The notes under the pieces are model-generated. The model did not search any database and was not told the origin of the DNA. It was given only the letters and a program-made list of their open reading frames with translations. Made by a program: the position numbers and the translations under genes. 64,000 nt of DNA. Source: Candidatus Poribacteria bacterium (GTDB lineage: Bacteria; Poribacteria; WGA-4E; WGA-3G). The stretch is taken from assembly GCA_965242965.1 (NCBI GenBank), contig OZ251518.1, positions 3,264,001 through 3,328,000 of the forward strand. The letters are read 5' to 3'. The stretch's first letter is position 1; each line of letters starts with the position of its first letter. Below are positions 53,665 through 63,428 of this stretch, one piece after another.

Positions 53665-53892
53665 GAGGGGGTTTCATAAATTTATCCCTTGAGGGGAGGC
53701 GCATCGGGCCCACCACTGTAGTTCGGGATCGCCCGATCCCGAACGGGTCAAGATCAGGCGATCTTGACCTACAGGCCTGGCGCGCGAGCGATGGCGAGGG
53801 ACAGGCCCTCGCCCTACGTGAAGGGGTGGCGTTTTTTTCACCGTAGCGCGGGGCATGTCACCGCAACGTTGAGCGATTTATGAAACACCCTC
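53665..53892. mobile_element. MITE-like element
   Basis: GAGGGGGTTTCATAAA...TTTATGAAACACCCTC; preceded by CAGGATTTTCAAGATTTT tandem units. Confidence 0.72.
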
Positions 53893-53933
53893 ACATTAAG
53901 GTCTTACAGACCTAAAAACACGGACGGATCTCT

Positions 53934-55440
53934 CTATCCGCTCTCCCGCTGAAAATAGGTCTGCTCGCCGCCGTAGTGCCGTTCCGCCTTTGGACGTTCG
54001 CTGACCTGCCACGGCAAAGTCACCGAGATGGTGCCGTCCTGAAAATAGGCATCGGTTATCTGCCAAAACTGCAGGCGCGGGTAATGCCTCCCGTTATGCT
54101 CAAAGGTGCCTGCCGCTTCGGCGACGTTACGCATGCCGCGCGTCACGGGATGCAGGGTGATGAAAATGCCGATGACGGCATCGGTATCCTGCATCGCCGT
54201 GCGGAAGGCGCGCACCTGATTCGGGTTCAAACTCCTCCCCGATTTTACTTCGGCGATGACAGGCAGTTTCGTCTGCGTCGCCTCGGCGAGATGGTGATTT
54301 TCCCAGAGGACAACTTTCCCACTGCCGTCAAACCCGCCATCGTTGGTATTGGAAGTGGGCGAGAGGCCCAGACGAGTCACTGCCCAATTGGCGAAATCGT
54401 GTGGATTCTGCTCGGCGAGGAGGATGGCATCCTCCCATGTCCCCGGATATCCCTCAATGGTGTAATCTGCCTTTGGACGAAGCCCATGGCGTTCGCGCAG
54501 CCGACGCTCCATCGGTTCCAAAGCGAGAACGGTTAAATCGATACCTACCCAGTGCCGCCCGAGGCCGTGGGCGGCATCTAACGCTGTGCCGCAACCACAA
54601 AACGGATCGAACACGATGTCGCCGGGGTTCGTGGAGGCTTTGATGATGCGTTCCAAGAGCGCGAGCGGTTTCTGCGTCGGATAGCCGAGGCGTTCCTTGG
54701 ACGTTCTGCCGATGATATTAATGTCCCAGACATCGCGCATTGATGCCATCGTATACCAACGGCCATGCTCATCCTGATACTTCTCGATGCCTTTGAAACC
54801 CGGCGGCGCATTCGTTGAATACGAACGTTCCTTCTGCACATTGAAGGTATGCACATTCTTGGCTGACTTCGTATAGAACAGAATCACGTCGTGCTTGCGC
54901 GCAAACCAATTTTTGCTCACGCCGCCAGAACGGTAGGACCAGATGATTTCGTTTCGGAAGTGCGCCGCCCCGAAAATCGTATCCATTAACACCTTCAAAT
55001 AGTGGCTCGCATGCGGATCGCAGTGCAGATACACACTTCCATCCGGCGTTAGCAACCGCCAAATCTCGGCGAGGCGCGGTGCCATGAAGGCGAGGTAAGC
55101 GCGCATCGATTCGGCTTCGCTTTTTCCCTTATACCCTTTCGACCCCCCCCTTCAAAATTTGGTCAAAACCCGTTAAACAGTCTGACAAATTGGCCATAGT
55201 TTCAACGAGTTCGGGGTGCCGCCCATCGTAGTGAAGGACAGCGGCTTGATTTTCGCGCGCGGCATCGTCCCATCGCCAGATGTCGTCAAACGCTTTGCGG
55301 TGCGCTTTGGAGCCGGCGAAGAAGATGTTGTAGTTGCGGCCGCTGTTGTAAGGCGGATCGAGATAACAGGTGTGGTAGCGTGCGGTTTGCATCTCGCGCA
55401 TGACGTTGAGGTTATCGCCGAAATAGAGTGCGTTCTTCAT
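53934..55440 (-). pseudogene. DNA methyltransferase-Mrr-like fusion, frameshifted at G8 tract (55143-55150)
   Basis: MKNALYFGDNL...DPPY stops at 55129; other frame SKGYKGKSEAESMRAYL...[25 protein letters not shown]; G7 gives 501 aa. Confidence 0.88.
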
Positions 55441-55467
55441 TTTTTGATGCAATCTCTTTGCAATAAA

Positions 55468-55710
55468 CGATCGCGAGGGACAGGCCCTCGCGCTACGGGG
55501 GTGGAACGCCTTGATGAACGTTCGCGAGGGACAGGCCCTCGCGCTACGGTGAACGTAGACGTAGGGTGGGGGCCTGTCCCCCACCTTGCTCGGTTAACTT
55601 ATCAATGAACGTTCGCGAGGGACAGGCCCTCGCGCTACGGGGGTGGAACGCCTTGATGAACGTTCGCGAGGAACAGGCCCTCGCGCTATGGGGATGGAAC
55701 GCCATGATAA
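55468..55710. repeat. Tandem REP-like units CGCGAGGGACAGGCCCTCGCGCTAC
   Basis: Four near-identical units plus a variant; near-identical linkers. Confidence 0.85.
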
Positions 55711-55730
55711 ACGCGCTCCCGGAATTCAAT

Positions 55731-57329
55731 TTACGCGCGACGCTGTCTGCGCTGTTCTTGGAGCCGGTCCCACGGGTAGATAAAACACCTGTCAGCCCAG
55801 TCTTGATACAGCCCGATGAGCTCTTTCAATTTCTGGGGATGCTTGTCAGCGAGGTTGTTCACCTCGGTCCGCTCTGCCTCGAGGTCATAGAGTTCCCATT
55901 CACCGGGGAATTTGCAGCCGAGTTTCCACTTGTCTTGACGCACGGCGCAATTGCCTTCGTGCTCCCAATACAGCACCTCTTTCCCGTTGTCTTTCCCGTC
56001 AAAAATCGGGGTTAAGCTAGTGCCCTCTAACGGCAAAATCGGGTTTCCGTTGTGTTCCGAGGGATAGTTTGCACCGGAAACGTCAAGGCATGTCGCCATG
56101 ATGTCCGGCAGTTGCCCCGGTTGATGGCGGAGTTCACCGGTGGATTGGATCGCCGCGGGCCAGTGCGCGATGAGCGGTGTCGCGATGCCGCCTTCATGCA
56201 CCCAGTGCTTGTATTCGCGGAACGGCGTATTGGACAGGTTCGCCCACGGCACGCCATAACTCTGATAGGTAGTTTCCGGTCCCGGCATGATACTCGGGTC
56301 GTTGCCGCGATAAACAGGTCTGCCATCGGAAGTCGTCTCCGTGCTGATGAGTGAACCGCCCTCGCGTCTGGCAGTCGGACCGCCGAGTTCCTCCGCGCAA
56401 CCGCCATTATCGGCTAAAAACAGGATGAGCGTATTGTCAAGTTGTCCTGTCTCCTCAAGCGTGTTAATAATTCTCCCGATGCCTGCATCCATGCGCGTGA
56501 TTTGCGCGGCGTAGACTTCCATGCGGCGTTGATTCCACGCTTTATGCTGTGCATCGCGCCACGGCGGTTGCGACGGGTCGCGGGCAGTGAGCCGCCATGC
56601 CTCATCCAAGATGTTCATCTCGCGCATTCGTGATAGCCGTTCTTCGCGGAGTTCGTCCCATCCTGCTGCAAAACGGCCGTTGTATCGCGCGATGTCTTCT
56701 TCGTGCGCATGCAGGGGCCAGTGCGGTGCTGTGTAGGCGACATAAGTGAAGAAAGGATCCTCCGGAGACTTTTCGGTGTGATGCCGAATGAAAGTTGAGG
56801 CTTCATCGCTGATGGCATCAGTGAGGAAATACCCTTCGGGAAGTTCATCGTGTTGGATGCGCGTGTTATCCCGTGTCAAAGTGTTCGGCTTCCAGAAATT
56901 GGCGGCACCCGTGATGATACCGTAATACCGGTCGAACCCACGCTGACAGGGCCAACTATGTTTCGGTCCGTCGGGTCCGGCATGCCGCGAGATATGCCAC
57001 TTGCCGCTCATATAGGTGCCGTAGCCTTCGGCGCGGACAGCGTCAGCGATGGTAATGCAACGGTTGTTCAGGTCACCGCGGTAGCCCTCCAAACCATCAT
57101 CGCTCATCATGTGGCCGACACCGGTTTGATGCGGATGAAGTCCAGTGAGCATAGAGGCACGGGAAGGACAGCAGCGCGCGGTATTGTAAAACTGCGTGAA
57201 GCGCACCCCGCCCGCGGCGAGCCTGTCAAGATTTGGCGTGTGGACTTCGCCGCCGTAGCATCCCAGGTCGGAGAAGCCCATGTCGTCGTTGAGGATCAGG
57301 ACGATGTTCGGTTTTCGGTTTTCGTTCAT
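55731..57329 (-). CDS. Arylsulfatase (S1, Cys-type)
   Basis: PNIVLILNDDMG, CCPSRASMLTG, GKWH, APHWP, DNG. Confidence 0.95.
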   Translation of the reverse strand: MNENRKPNIVLILNDDMGFSDLGCYGGEVHTPNLDRLAAGGVRFTQFYNTARCCPSRASMLTGLHPHQTGVGHMMSDDGLEGYRGDLNNRCITIADAVRAEGYGTYMSGKWHISRHAGPDGPKHSWPCQRGFDRYYGIITGAANFWKPNTLTRDNTRIQHDELPEGYFLTDAISDEASTFIRHHTEKSPEDPFFTYVAYTAPHWPLHAHEEDIARYNGRFAAGWDELREERLSRMREMNILDEAWRLTARDPSQPPWRDAQHKAWNQRRMEVYAAQITRMDAGIGRIINTLEETGQLDNTLILFLADNGGCAEELGGPTARREGGSLISTETTSDGRPVYRGNDPSIMPGPETTYQSYGVPWANLSNTPFREYKHWVHEGGIATPLIAHWPAAIQSTGELRHQPGQLPDIMATCLDVSGANYPSEHNGNPILPLEGTSLTPIFDGKDNGKEVLYWEHEGNCAVRQDKWKLGCKFPGEWELYDLEAERTEVNNLADKHPQKLKELIGLYQDWADRCFIYPWDRLQEQRRQRRA

Positions 57330-57424
57330 TAGCAATTTCTCCTGTTTACCTTGATGTTGGTGAAAATTTACGTTATTATATTCCTAACAGTAAAAAATAG
57401 ACAATTTTTCGGAGGACTTTCCCC

Positions 57425-58027
57425 ATGGTTGCGAATTTGATTACGCTTTTCCGCCTCACCCTGGTCTTCGTCGTGATTTCGCTTTTCGGGCAGCATGTCT
57501 ATTTAGACGTTCTGCTCGTCGCGATGATAGGCGTGATTCTGTTCCTCGATGCGGTGGACGGTTATGTCGCCAGAAAACTGAATCAGGCATCGGATTTCGG
57601 CGCGCTATTTGACATCGTCGGCGACCGGATTGTCGAATGTATCTTCTGGGTTTACTTCGCCGTTGTTGGGCTGATTCCGTTTTGGATTCCTGCCATCGTG
57701 ATTGCGCGCGGCTTTTTCACGGACGGCTTGCGGAGTGCCGCTTTCGCTGATGGCAAAACCGCTTTCGGCGAGAAGACGATGATGTCCTCTCCTTGGACAC
57801 GTGCCCTCACCAGTTCACGCGCAAGCCGCAGTATCTATGGCATCGCCAAGACGCTTGCTTTTCTCTACCTCGGCGGCGTATTGACGTTCAAAAATTTCGG
57901 TGCCTACCCTGAATTCGTCGTCGGTTTAGAGTTGGCAGGCGTGATTATCTCCGCTGTCGCTGTTGCGATGTGCCTAATCCGCGGCCTCCCCGTTTTGGTT
58001 GATGGATGGAAGTATGTCAAAAGTTAG
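57425..58027 (+). CDS. CDP-alcohol phosphatidyltransferase (PgsA-like)
   Basis: ANLITLFR, DAVDGYVAR...FGALFDIVGD. Confidence 0.9.
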   Translation: MVANLITLFRLTLVFVVISLFGQHVYLDVLLVAMIGVILFLDAVDGYVARKLNQASDFGALFDIVGDRIVECIFWVYFAVVGLIPFWIPAIVIARGFFTDGLRSAAFADGKTAFGEKTMMSSPWTRALTSSRASRSIYGIAKTLAFLYLGGVLTFKNFGAYPEFVVGLELAGVIISAVAVAMCLIRGLPVLVDGWKYVKS

Positions 58028-58037
58028 TGCGCGGCTC

Positions 58038-58447
58038 CGTAGCGCGAGGGCCTGTCCCTCGCGACCTTTGTCCGCGCCAAAAGCCATCCAAAGTTCCCCG
58101 TAGGGCGAGGGCCTGTCCCTCGCCATGCGTTTTGGTGTCAGCCCGCATCCCTCCTGTAGGTCAGGATCGCCAGATCCTGACCCGTTCGGGAGCGGGCGCT
58201 CCCGAACTACAGAGATGGGGCAAAAACCGTCCGTAGTTCCCCGTAGCGCGAGGGCCTGTCCCTCGCGAACCTTATCCGAGACAAAAACCGTCCGCAGTTA
58301 ATCGTAAGTTAATCGTAGCGCGAGGGCCTGTCCCTCGCGATCGTTGTTCGCGCCAAAAACCGTCCGAGGCCCCGGAGCCGGCGAGGGACAGGCCCTCGCC
58401 CTACGAGTGATAATAGATGATGTCGAAAGACAGGCCCTCTCCCTACG
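58038..58447. repeat. REP-like cluster between convergent genes
   Basis: GTAGCGCGAGGGCCTGTCCCTCGCG modules; last GTAG is the stop of the convergent gene. Confidence 0.85.
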
Positions 58448-61379
58448 GGCCAGGGTCTGTTAACTTTAGCAACAACCGACTCCCATCTTCACTTGCGAGT
58501 TGCGTAAAAAACCGCTTCGCCTCCACATACGCCGCTTCACGGATGATGCGCTCTTTCAGGGTAAACGTTAACCGATAAGTGACCGTCCCTTCAGTTTGTC
58601 TATACTGCCGCGTCAATTCTGCGAAATCTGTCGTGTGATGGATGTCGGCTGGGAGAACGGCAGTCCAGCCTTCCGGCAGATGAATCTGAATTGCTTTTTC
58701 AAGCTGCGTTGGATAACCCAGGTCGAGGGAATAGACACGCTGCGGTGCCGCGACCATCTCTGCATATTCCGCGAACTCATCGATTGGCATCGGCATCATC
58801 ATTTTTTCGTCTTCTAACAATGTAGCGTAATTCCGGACATGAAAACCGAGTTCCATTTCCACAGGCACGTTAAGGGCTCCTAAATCAGAGATGTTGCTCC
58901 ATTCTACCGCAATTCCCGGAAATTGCTGGCTGAGTTCCGTTGCTAGGGTTGTCTGCAGTTGGCTTGGCGGCACCTGCTGATAAGTCCAGCGTGCATTGAT
59001 TGCGTATTGCCCGCGCGTCTCAATGTGGAGCCTCCCTTGCAAGGAGCCTTCTTCGCTGAGCCACAATTCTGTTGTGCTGACGAGTCGGTTGGTTTCTGCC
59101 GGGAAAATAGGGATGTCCACAAACTCGCCTTGCTCTTCACCTATCAGGAACCCCTTTCGTCCTTGGACACTGTAGGGCAAATTGCCGTAGCTGCAGGTTG
59201 ACGAGGTTGCATCAAGCCAGATATAGTGGGACATTGAGACCGGGAGTTCTCGCCTACGGGCAAAGGGAGTCGTGCCCGGGAGGTTGCTCTTCTGGGCAGA
59301 GGGAGTCGAGACCAGGAGGTCTCTCCTACCGGAAATAGGAATTGCCGCCAGCATGTGGCTAAACTGGTTCAGCGATGGCAGTTCTGTATCTGTCCGTTCA
59401 TAAGGCGATGGGTTAATCAGCACCGGATAGGCGCGGATGCCGACAAGTTCCAGCATCGCGATGAGCAACGTCGTTTTGTCCTTGCAATCGCCGTACTGTT
59501 TTTGCAGCACCTCTGCGGCGGGAGATGGCTGATACGCGCTCTGTCCCAGTTCAATGCCGACATAACGGATGCGCGAGGCGACGAAATGGTAAATCGCGCG
59601 AATCTTATCCGCTTCTGTCGTCAAATCCTTTGTGAGTTGATGAACTAACGCCTCAATCTGTGCATCCGGCGTGTATCTGTCCGCGGCGAGTTGTTTATAC
59701 CATTGGTAGACATCGTTCCACGAGGGGATTGAGGAATAGTGCAACCGCGGTGCAATGTCATTGATGTGAGGCATCCCCTCTTCAATTGTGAGTGCGGGCG
59801 TTTCGCCGTAGTGCCACACGTAGATAGTGTTACCGTTTTCGTCATAGCGAATTGAGACTGGGGGTTCGTTCCTATCGTTTGCGTTGTGATGCATCGAGAC
59901 CGGGTATTGCATCGAGACCAGGAGGTCTCGCCTACCCGAAGAAATCGAGACCGGGAGGTCTCTCCTACGGGGATGCATCGAGACTGGGAGGGCTTTCCTA
60001 CTGAAGTTCTCCGTTTTCCACTGAAGATGCCACGCGCTGGGGATGCGAAGCGCGTAACTTGTCTCCAAGGTTACCTCCGTTGACTGAAAATTGAACCCGC
60101 CGGTAATCCACGTCTCACCGCCGACAGCGTTTTCGGGTTTATCCTCAAGCGTTACCTGATATTCAATGCAAACTCCCGGCGTTAGTCCTACCATTGAGAT
60201 AACGCGCCACATCGTATCCGAATAGAGATTTTGGGATAGCAGACCTGGCGGCGTTACGTCGTTGAACGCCTCGGCTGGCGGTTGATGCACCGTGCCATCG
60301 GCGGCGATAGTGCGCGCAATGTTCACCGTGATATTCTGCGCGCTCGGTTGGAAAGGGATGGCAATATCGTCGTATTTTTCGATGCCTCTTTCAGTTAGCA
60401 GTTTGACGACTTGATGCGTGGTATAACGAGATTGTCCTGTCGGCAAAACATCGTGGCTGAAGTGGTTGAAGAGAATCAGCGCGTCTGCATCCGGATAATC
60501 GTCTGCATCGGGAGCGTTTGCGATACGCAGGTCTGCGTCCACTTGCAGCAGATTAACAGGCGGCACATCTACTGCCACTTCGGTAGGTGCGATTTTTGTC
60601 GCCAAAGCCTGCATCCGCGTCACCGCAAGCAGATTGTCCGGCGCAACCTCCAAGAGCTCCTGATATTGGAGTAGTGCCTCGTAGTAACGTCCCCTGTCTT
60701 CGTAGATTGATGCCAGTTGCTGTCTCGCCCAAACATCCTTTGGAAACAACCGAATCGATTCTCGCAGTTCGGCAATTGCTTCACCGACTTCTCCCCGTTC
60801 CAGATAGATTAATCCGAGGTAATTGTGCAAATTTTCGCTTTCGGGACGTTCACACCTCGGGTCAACTGCCAACGCGTCCAACAGAACCTTCATCGCCTCA
60901 CCAAGCCGTCCCAGTTGTTTGTAAGCCAGACCGAGGTGATTCAGCGCGTAGAGGTTATCCTTGGCGACGGTAAGCACCTGTTCGTAGTGTTCGGCGGCGG
61001 CTTGATAGTCGTTCAATTTTTCAGCGATGTAGCCGGCGTAGTTCAGCGCGTTCACGTTCTTTGGCTCTAGTGTTAAAAATGCGGCAAACGCATCGCGCGC
61101 GTTTTCGTATTCCTCAAGTTGAAAATAAATCTCCGCGATTTTCATGTGCGGGCCGCCTGCATCCGGCCGAGTGGCGACAGCGGCTTGGTAAGCAACGAGT
61201 GCATCGCGCAGATTTCCGCGCCGGAGTTCCTCGTTGCCCCGCTCAACGTGTTCTTGCCACTGCCGATTCCGTTCTACTAGCGGATCGACTATCGGTTTCG
61301 GCGCGGGACCTGTCGCGCATCCCGCCAGCACGACGAGCAGGCAAAGTAGAAAGGGGATGTGGATTTTGTGGAAAGTCAT
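58443..61379 (-). CDS. TPR + DUF3857 + transglutaminase-like lipoprotein
   Basis: Lipobox LAGC, TPR repeats, IRYVG, YGDCKDK, FSH, WLDAT; two repeat-derived inserts. Confidence 0.9.
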   Translation of the reverse strand: MTFHKIHIPFLLCLLVVLAGCATGPAPKPIVDPLVERNRQWQEHVERGNEELRRGNLRDALVAYQAAVATRPDAGGPHMKIAEIYFQLEEYENARDAFAAFLTLEPKNVNALNYAGYIAEKLNDYQAAAEHYEQVLTVAKDNLYALNHLGLAYKQLGRLGEAMKVLLDALAVDPRCERPESENLHNYLGLIYLERGEVGEAIAELRESIRLFPKDVWARQQLASIYEDRGRYYEALLQYQELLEVAPDNLLAVTRMQALATKIAPTEVAVDVPPVNLLQVDADLRIANAPDADDYPDADALILFNHFSHDVLPTGQSRYTTHQVVKLLTERGIEKYDDIAIPFQPSAQNITVNIARTIAADGTVHQPPAEAFNDVTPPGLLSQNLYSDTMWRVISMVGLTPGVCIEYQVTLEDKPENAVGGETWITGGFNFQSTEVTLETSYALRIPSAWHLQWKTENFSRKALPVSMHPRRRDLPVSISSGRRDLLVSMQYPVSMHHNANDRNEPPVSIRYDENGNTIYVWHYGETPALTIEEGMPHINDIAPRLHYSSIPSWNDVYQWYKQLAADRYTPDAQIEALVHQLTKDLTTEADKIRAIYHFVASRIRYVGIELGQSAYQPSPAAEVLQKQYGDCKDKTTLLIAMLELVGIRAYPVLINPSPYERTDTELPSLNQFSHMLAAIPISGRRDLLVSTPSAQKSNLPGTTPFARRRELPVSMSHYIWLDATSSTCSYGNLPYSVQGRKGFLIGEEQGEFVDIPIFPAETNRLVSTTELWLSEEGSLQGRLHIETRGQYAINARWTYQQVPPSQLQTTLATELSQQFPGIAVEWSNISDLGALNVPVEMELGFHVRNYATLLEDEKMMMPMPIDEFAEYAEMVAAPQRVYSLDLGYPTQLEKAIQIHLPEGWTAVLPADIHHTTDFAELTRQYRQTEGTVTYRLTFTLKERIIREAAYVEAKRFFTQLASEDGSRLLLKLTDPGP

Positions 61380-61465
61380 TGTGAGTCTCCGTTGTCAATA
61401 TTGGGACCAGGACAGCATCGCGCCACCGTAGCGCGGGGGCCTGTCCCCCGCGATCACCGTCTCTC

Positions 61466-61804
61466 CTACGGTTCTTGCAATTTCACGTTAGTTCGATGGC
61501 GTTCGGTGTCACGCTGCGTCTTCTTCTCGATCGACTTCTTGAAAGCCGCCTCAAGATCTACGCCAGTTTGGTTGGCCAAGCAGATTAGCACGAAAAGGAT
61601 GTCCGCCATTTCTTCCCCGAGGTCTCGGTTGCGTTCGTTTTCTTTGAAGCTCTGATCACCGTAGTGGCGCGCCATGAGCCGTGCGAGTTCACCGACTTCC
61701 TCCATCAGAATCGCCGTGTTGGTTAATTCCGAGAAGTAGCGGATGCCGATGTCGTGAATCCAGTCGTCCACCAATTTTTGGCAGTTTTGGAGTGTGTAAT
61801 CCAT
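61466..61804 (-). CDS. MazG-like nucleotide pyrophosphohydrolase (YpjD-like)
   Basis: EEVGELAR, EEMAD.LFVL.CLAN..GVDL. Confidence 0.92.
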   Translation of the reverse strand: MDYTLQNCQKLVDDWIHDIGIRYFSELTNTAILMEEVGELARLMARHYGDQSFKENERNRDLGEEMADILFVLICLANQTGVDLEAAFKKSIEKKTQRDTERHRTNVKLQEP

Positions 61805-62027
61805 GAGGTATGCTCCGATGTGTTGCGTTTTTTGTCATTATAGCAAATTTCGGGATGTAGGGCAACAATTTTTTTTATGGTGTTTCCGTTGCAATGGAAC
61901 GATCGCGGGGGACAGGCCCCCGCGCTACGGTAGGGTTGAAATCAACTCGCGGCTCCCGATCTCGGCAAAAACCAAAACGATACCGATGAAAAACCGAAAC
62001 GGCACTATTTTTTTTCTGACAAAAAAG

Positions 62028-62501
62028 TTGACAAAATTTGATAATGTGCGTATAATTAATAGCAGCATCGTCAATTTACTGCACGTTGTGTTAAAATTTC
62101 AAAAAATTTGGGGATTTTCTCATTTTTCTTTGATTTTAATTTGACAAATGTTGGAAAATCGTGTATAATTAACATATTGAGTGATGCCTATGCCATTTCC
62201 GGAGACGCGCCCGCTGCGCGAAATCTGGAAAATGGCTTGACAAAAATGTGAAAATTGGTTATCATTTAAGAAAACCACACATTTTTGCATTTTAATTTGA
62301 CATCGTTTGTCAATTGTGGTATAATTAACATATTGAATGATGCCTATGCCGTTTTTCTCAGCCTCGCCTACTTCGCGGGGTTTCAGAAAATAGCCTTGAC
62401 AACATTCTGCAAATCGGTTACCATCGTAGAAGTCATTTCACGGGACCATTTAGTTTTCGGTTCATAATAGACTTGACAAAAATGGTGAAATCGGTTATCA
62501 T
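62028..62501 (+). promoter_or_regulatory. Array of six tandem sigma70 promoters
   Basis: TTGACA at 62028, 62141, 62237, 62297, 62396, 62473, each 17 bp from TATAAT/TATAAT/TATCAT/TATAAT/TACCAT/TATCAT. Confidence 0.88.
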
Positions 62502-62507
62502 TTCGGA

Positions 62508-63410
62508 AATCGCTAGACTCGGTGCCGGGAGTGTTCCTTTACCACCGGCCCCACTGAATCTATCTGGACGCTATTACAAAGCGCGAAACGCTGCAAACGG
62601 GCAACGACGATAATGATGAATCAAACGCACTACGTTGACACCTCATCTGAAAATACGCGAGGACGAAGCACTTGGCACCTCCACACCCGGTGGGGGACGG
62701 CCGGCTTGCGTCTTGACGTGCCTGCGGTTGCAATGTCCATAGATCCGGCGAAGACCCCCCCTTATCTCATGACCCGTTAAGGGATACTGACTCTCTCATC
62801 GCCGCGAGTTGCGCGGAGACCACTCTCTTCACGCAGCGCGCAGATGGCAACATGAGCACCTTGGATTCCCACGTTGGGAAACACCCCAAGGTGCTAGATC
62901 TGTTGCACGGTAGTCACTTCATTTCTTCCCTCAAAACGCGACACCCCAGTTGCGGTTTCCCTGCTTGTGCTTTGCTTCGTTCCATTAAGAAGCATCGGCA
63001 GGTATCTTCCGGTATCCTCACTCCCTCCAATAAACATAGGCATTCTTGCGCCGAATTTTTTGTCGGCAGTTGTCTCTCTGACGCTGCGCCGATGCGGCCC
63101 CTTCCTGCCTATTCGCTGATGTTGGAAGATTTTAATCGAACCGATGGCGGGCAATTCGCCTGCTTACGGAATGCGGGCATCGGCCCGCTGTTTGCCTCAC
63201 GACGAGGCACCGAAGACACGAAAACCCGCGTGGGTTCAGTCGTGTCTCGCGCCCGCTGCAACGGTAGCGGGGTTTGAAAAAGATTTCCGAACGGACTCCG
63301 GTCTGTTTGGAATTGGTGGTATCTCATCAAAAACCCTCGGGTCGCTGATGAGGTGCTCAAAACTATAAAAGTGAAAGGTTTTTCGGTTGAAGAACTTTTC
63401 GCTAAAATTT
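62508..63410 (+). ncRNA. Putative large structured RNA / very long 5' leader
   Basis: Consecutive stem-loops with G-U pairs on the + strand; no credible ORF; directly downstream of promoter array. Confidence 0.55.
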
Positions 63411-63428
63411 AACAGATAGGAGGATAGA

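Noticed and set aside
55468-55710. CRISPR-like periodic palindromic repeats (also 22940-24180, 42718-42940)
   Set aside because: The linkers are repeated rather than unique, units occur in both orientations and are dispersed across the window, and no cas genes are present
62595-62638. tmRNA tag-like frame GNDDNDESNALR*
   Set aside because: It lacks the ALAA-type end, and no tRNA-like acceptor or T-arm is visible
62852-63277. 141-aa ORF inside the structured region
   Set aside because: No RBS, no recognisable motif; the sequence is better explained by stem-loops
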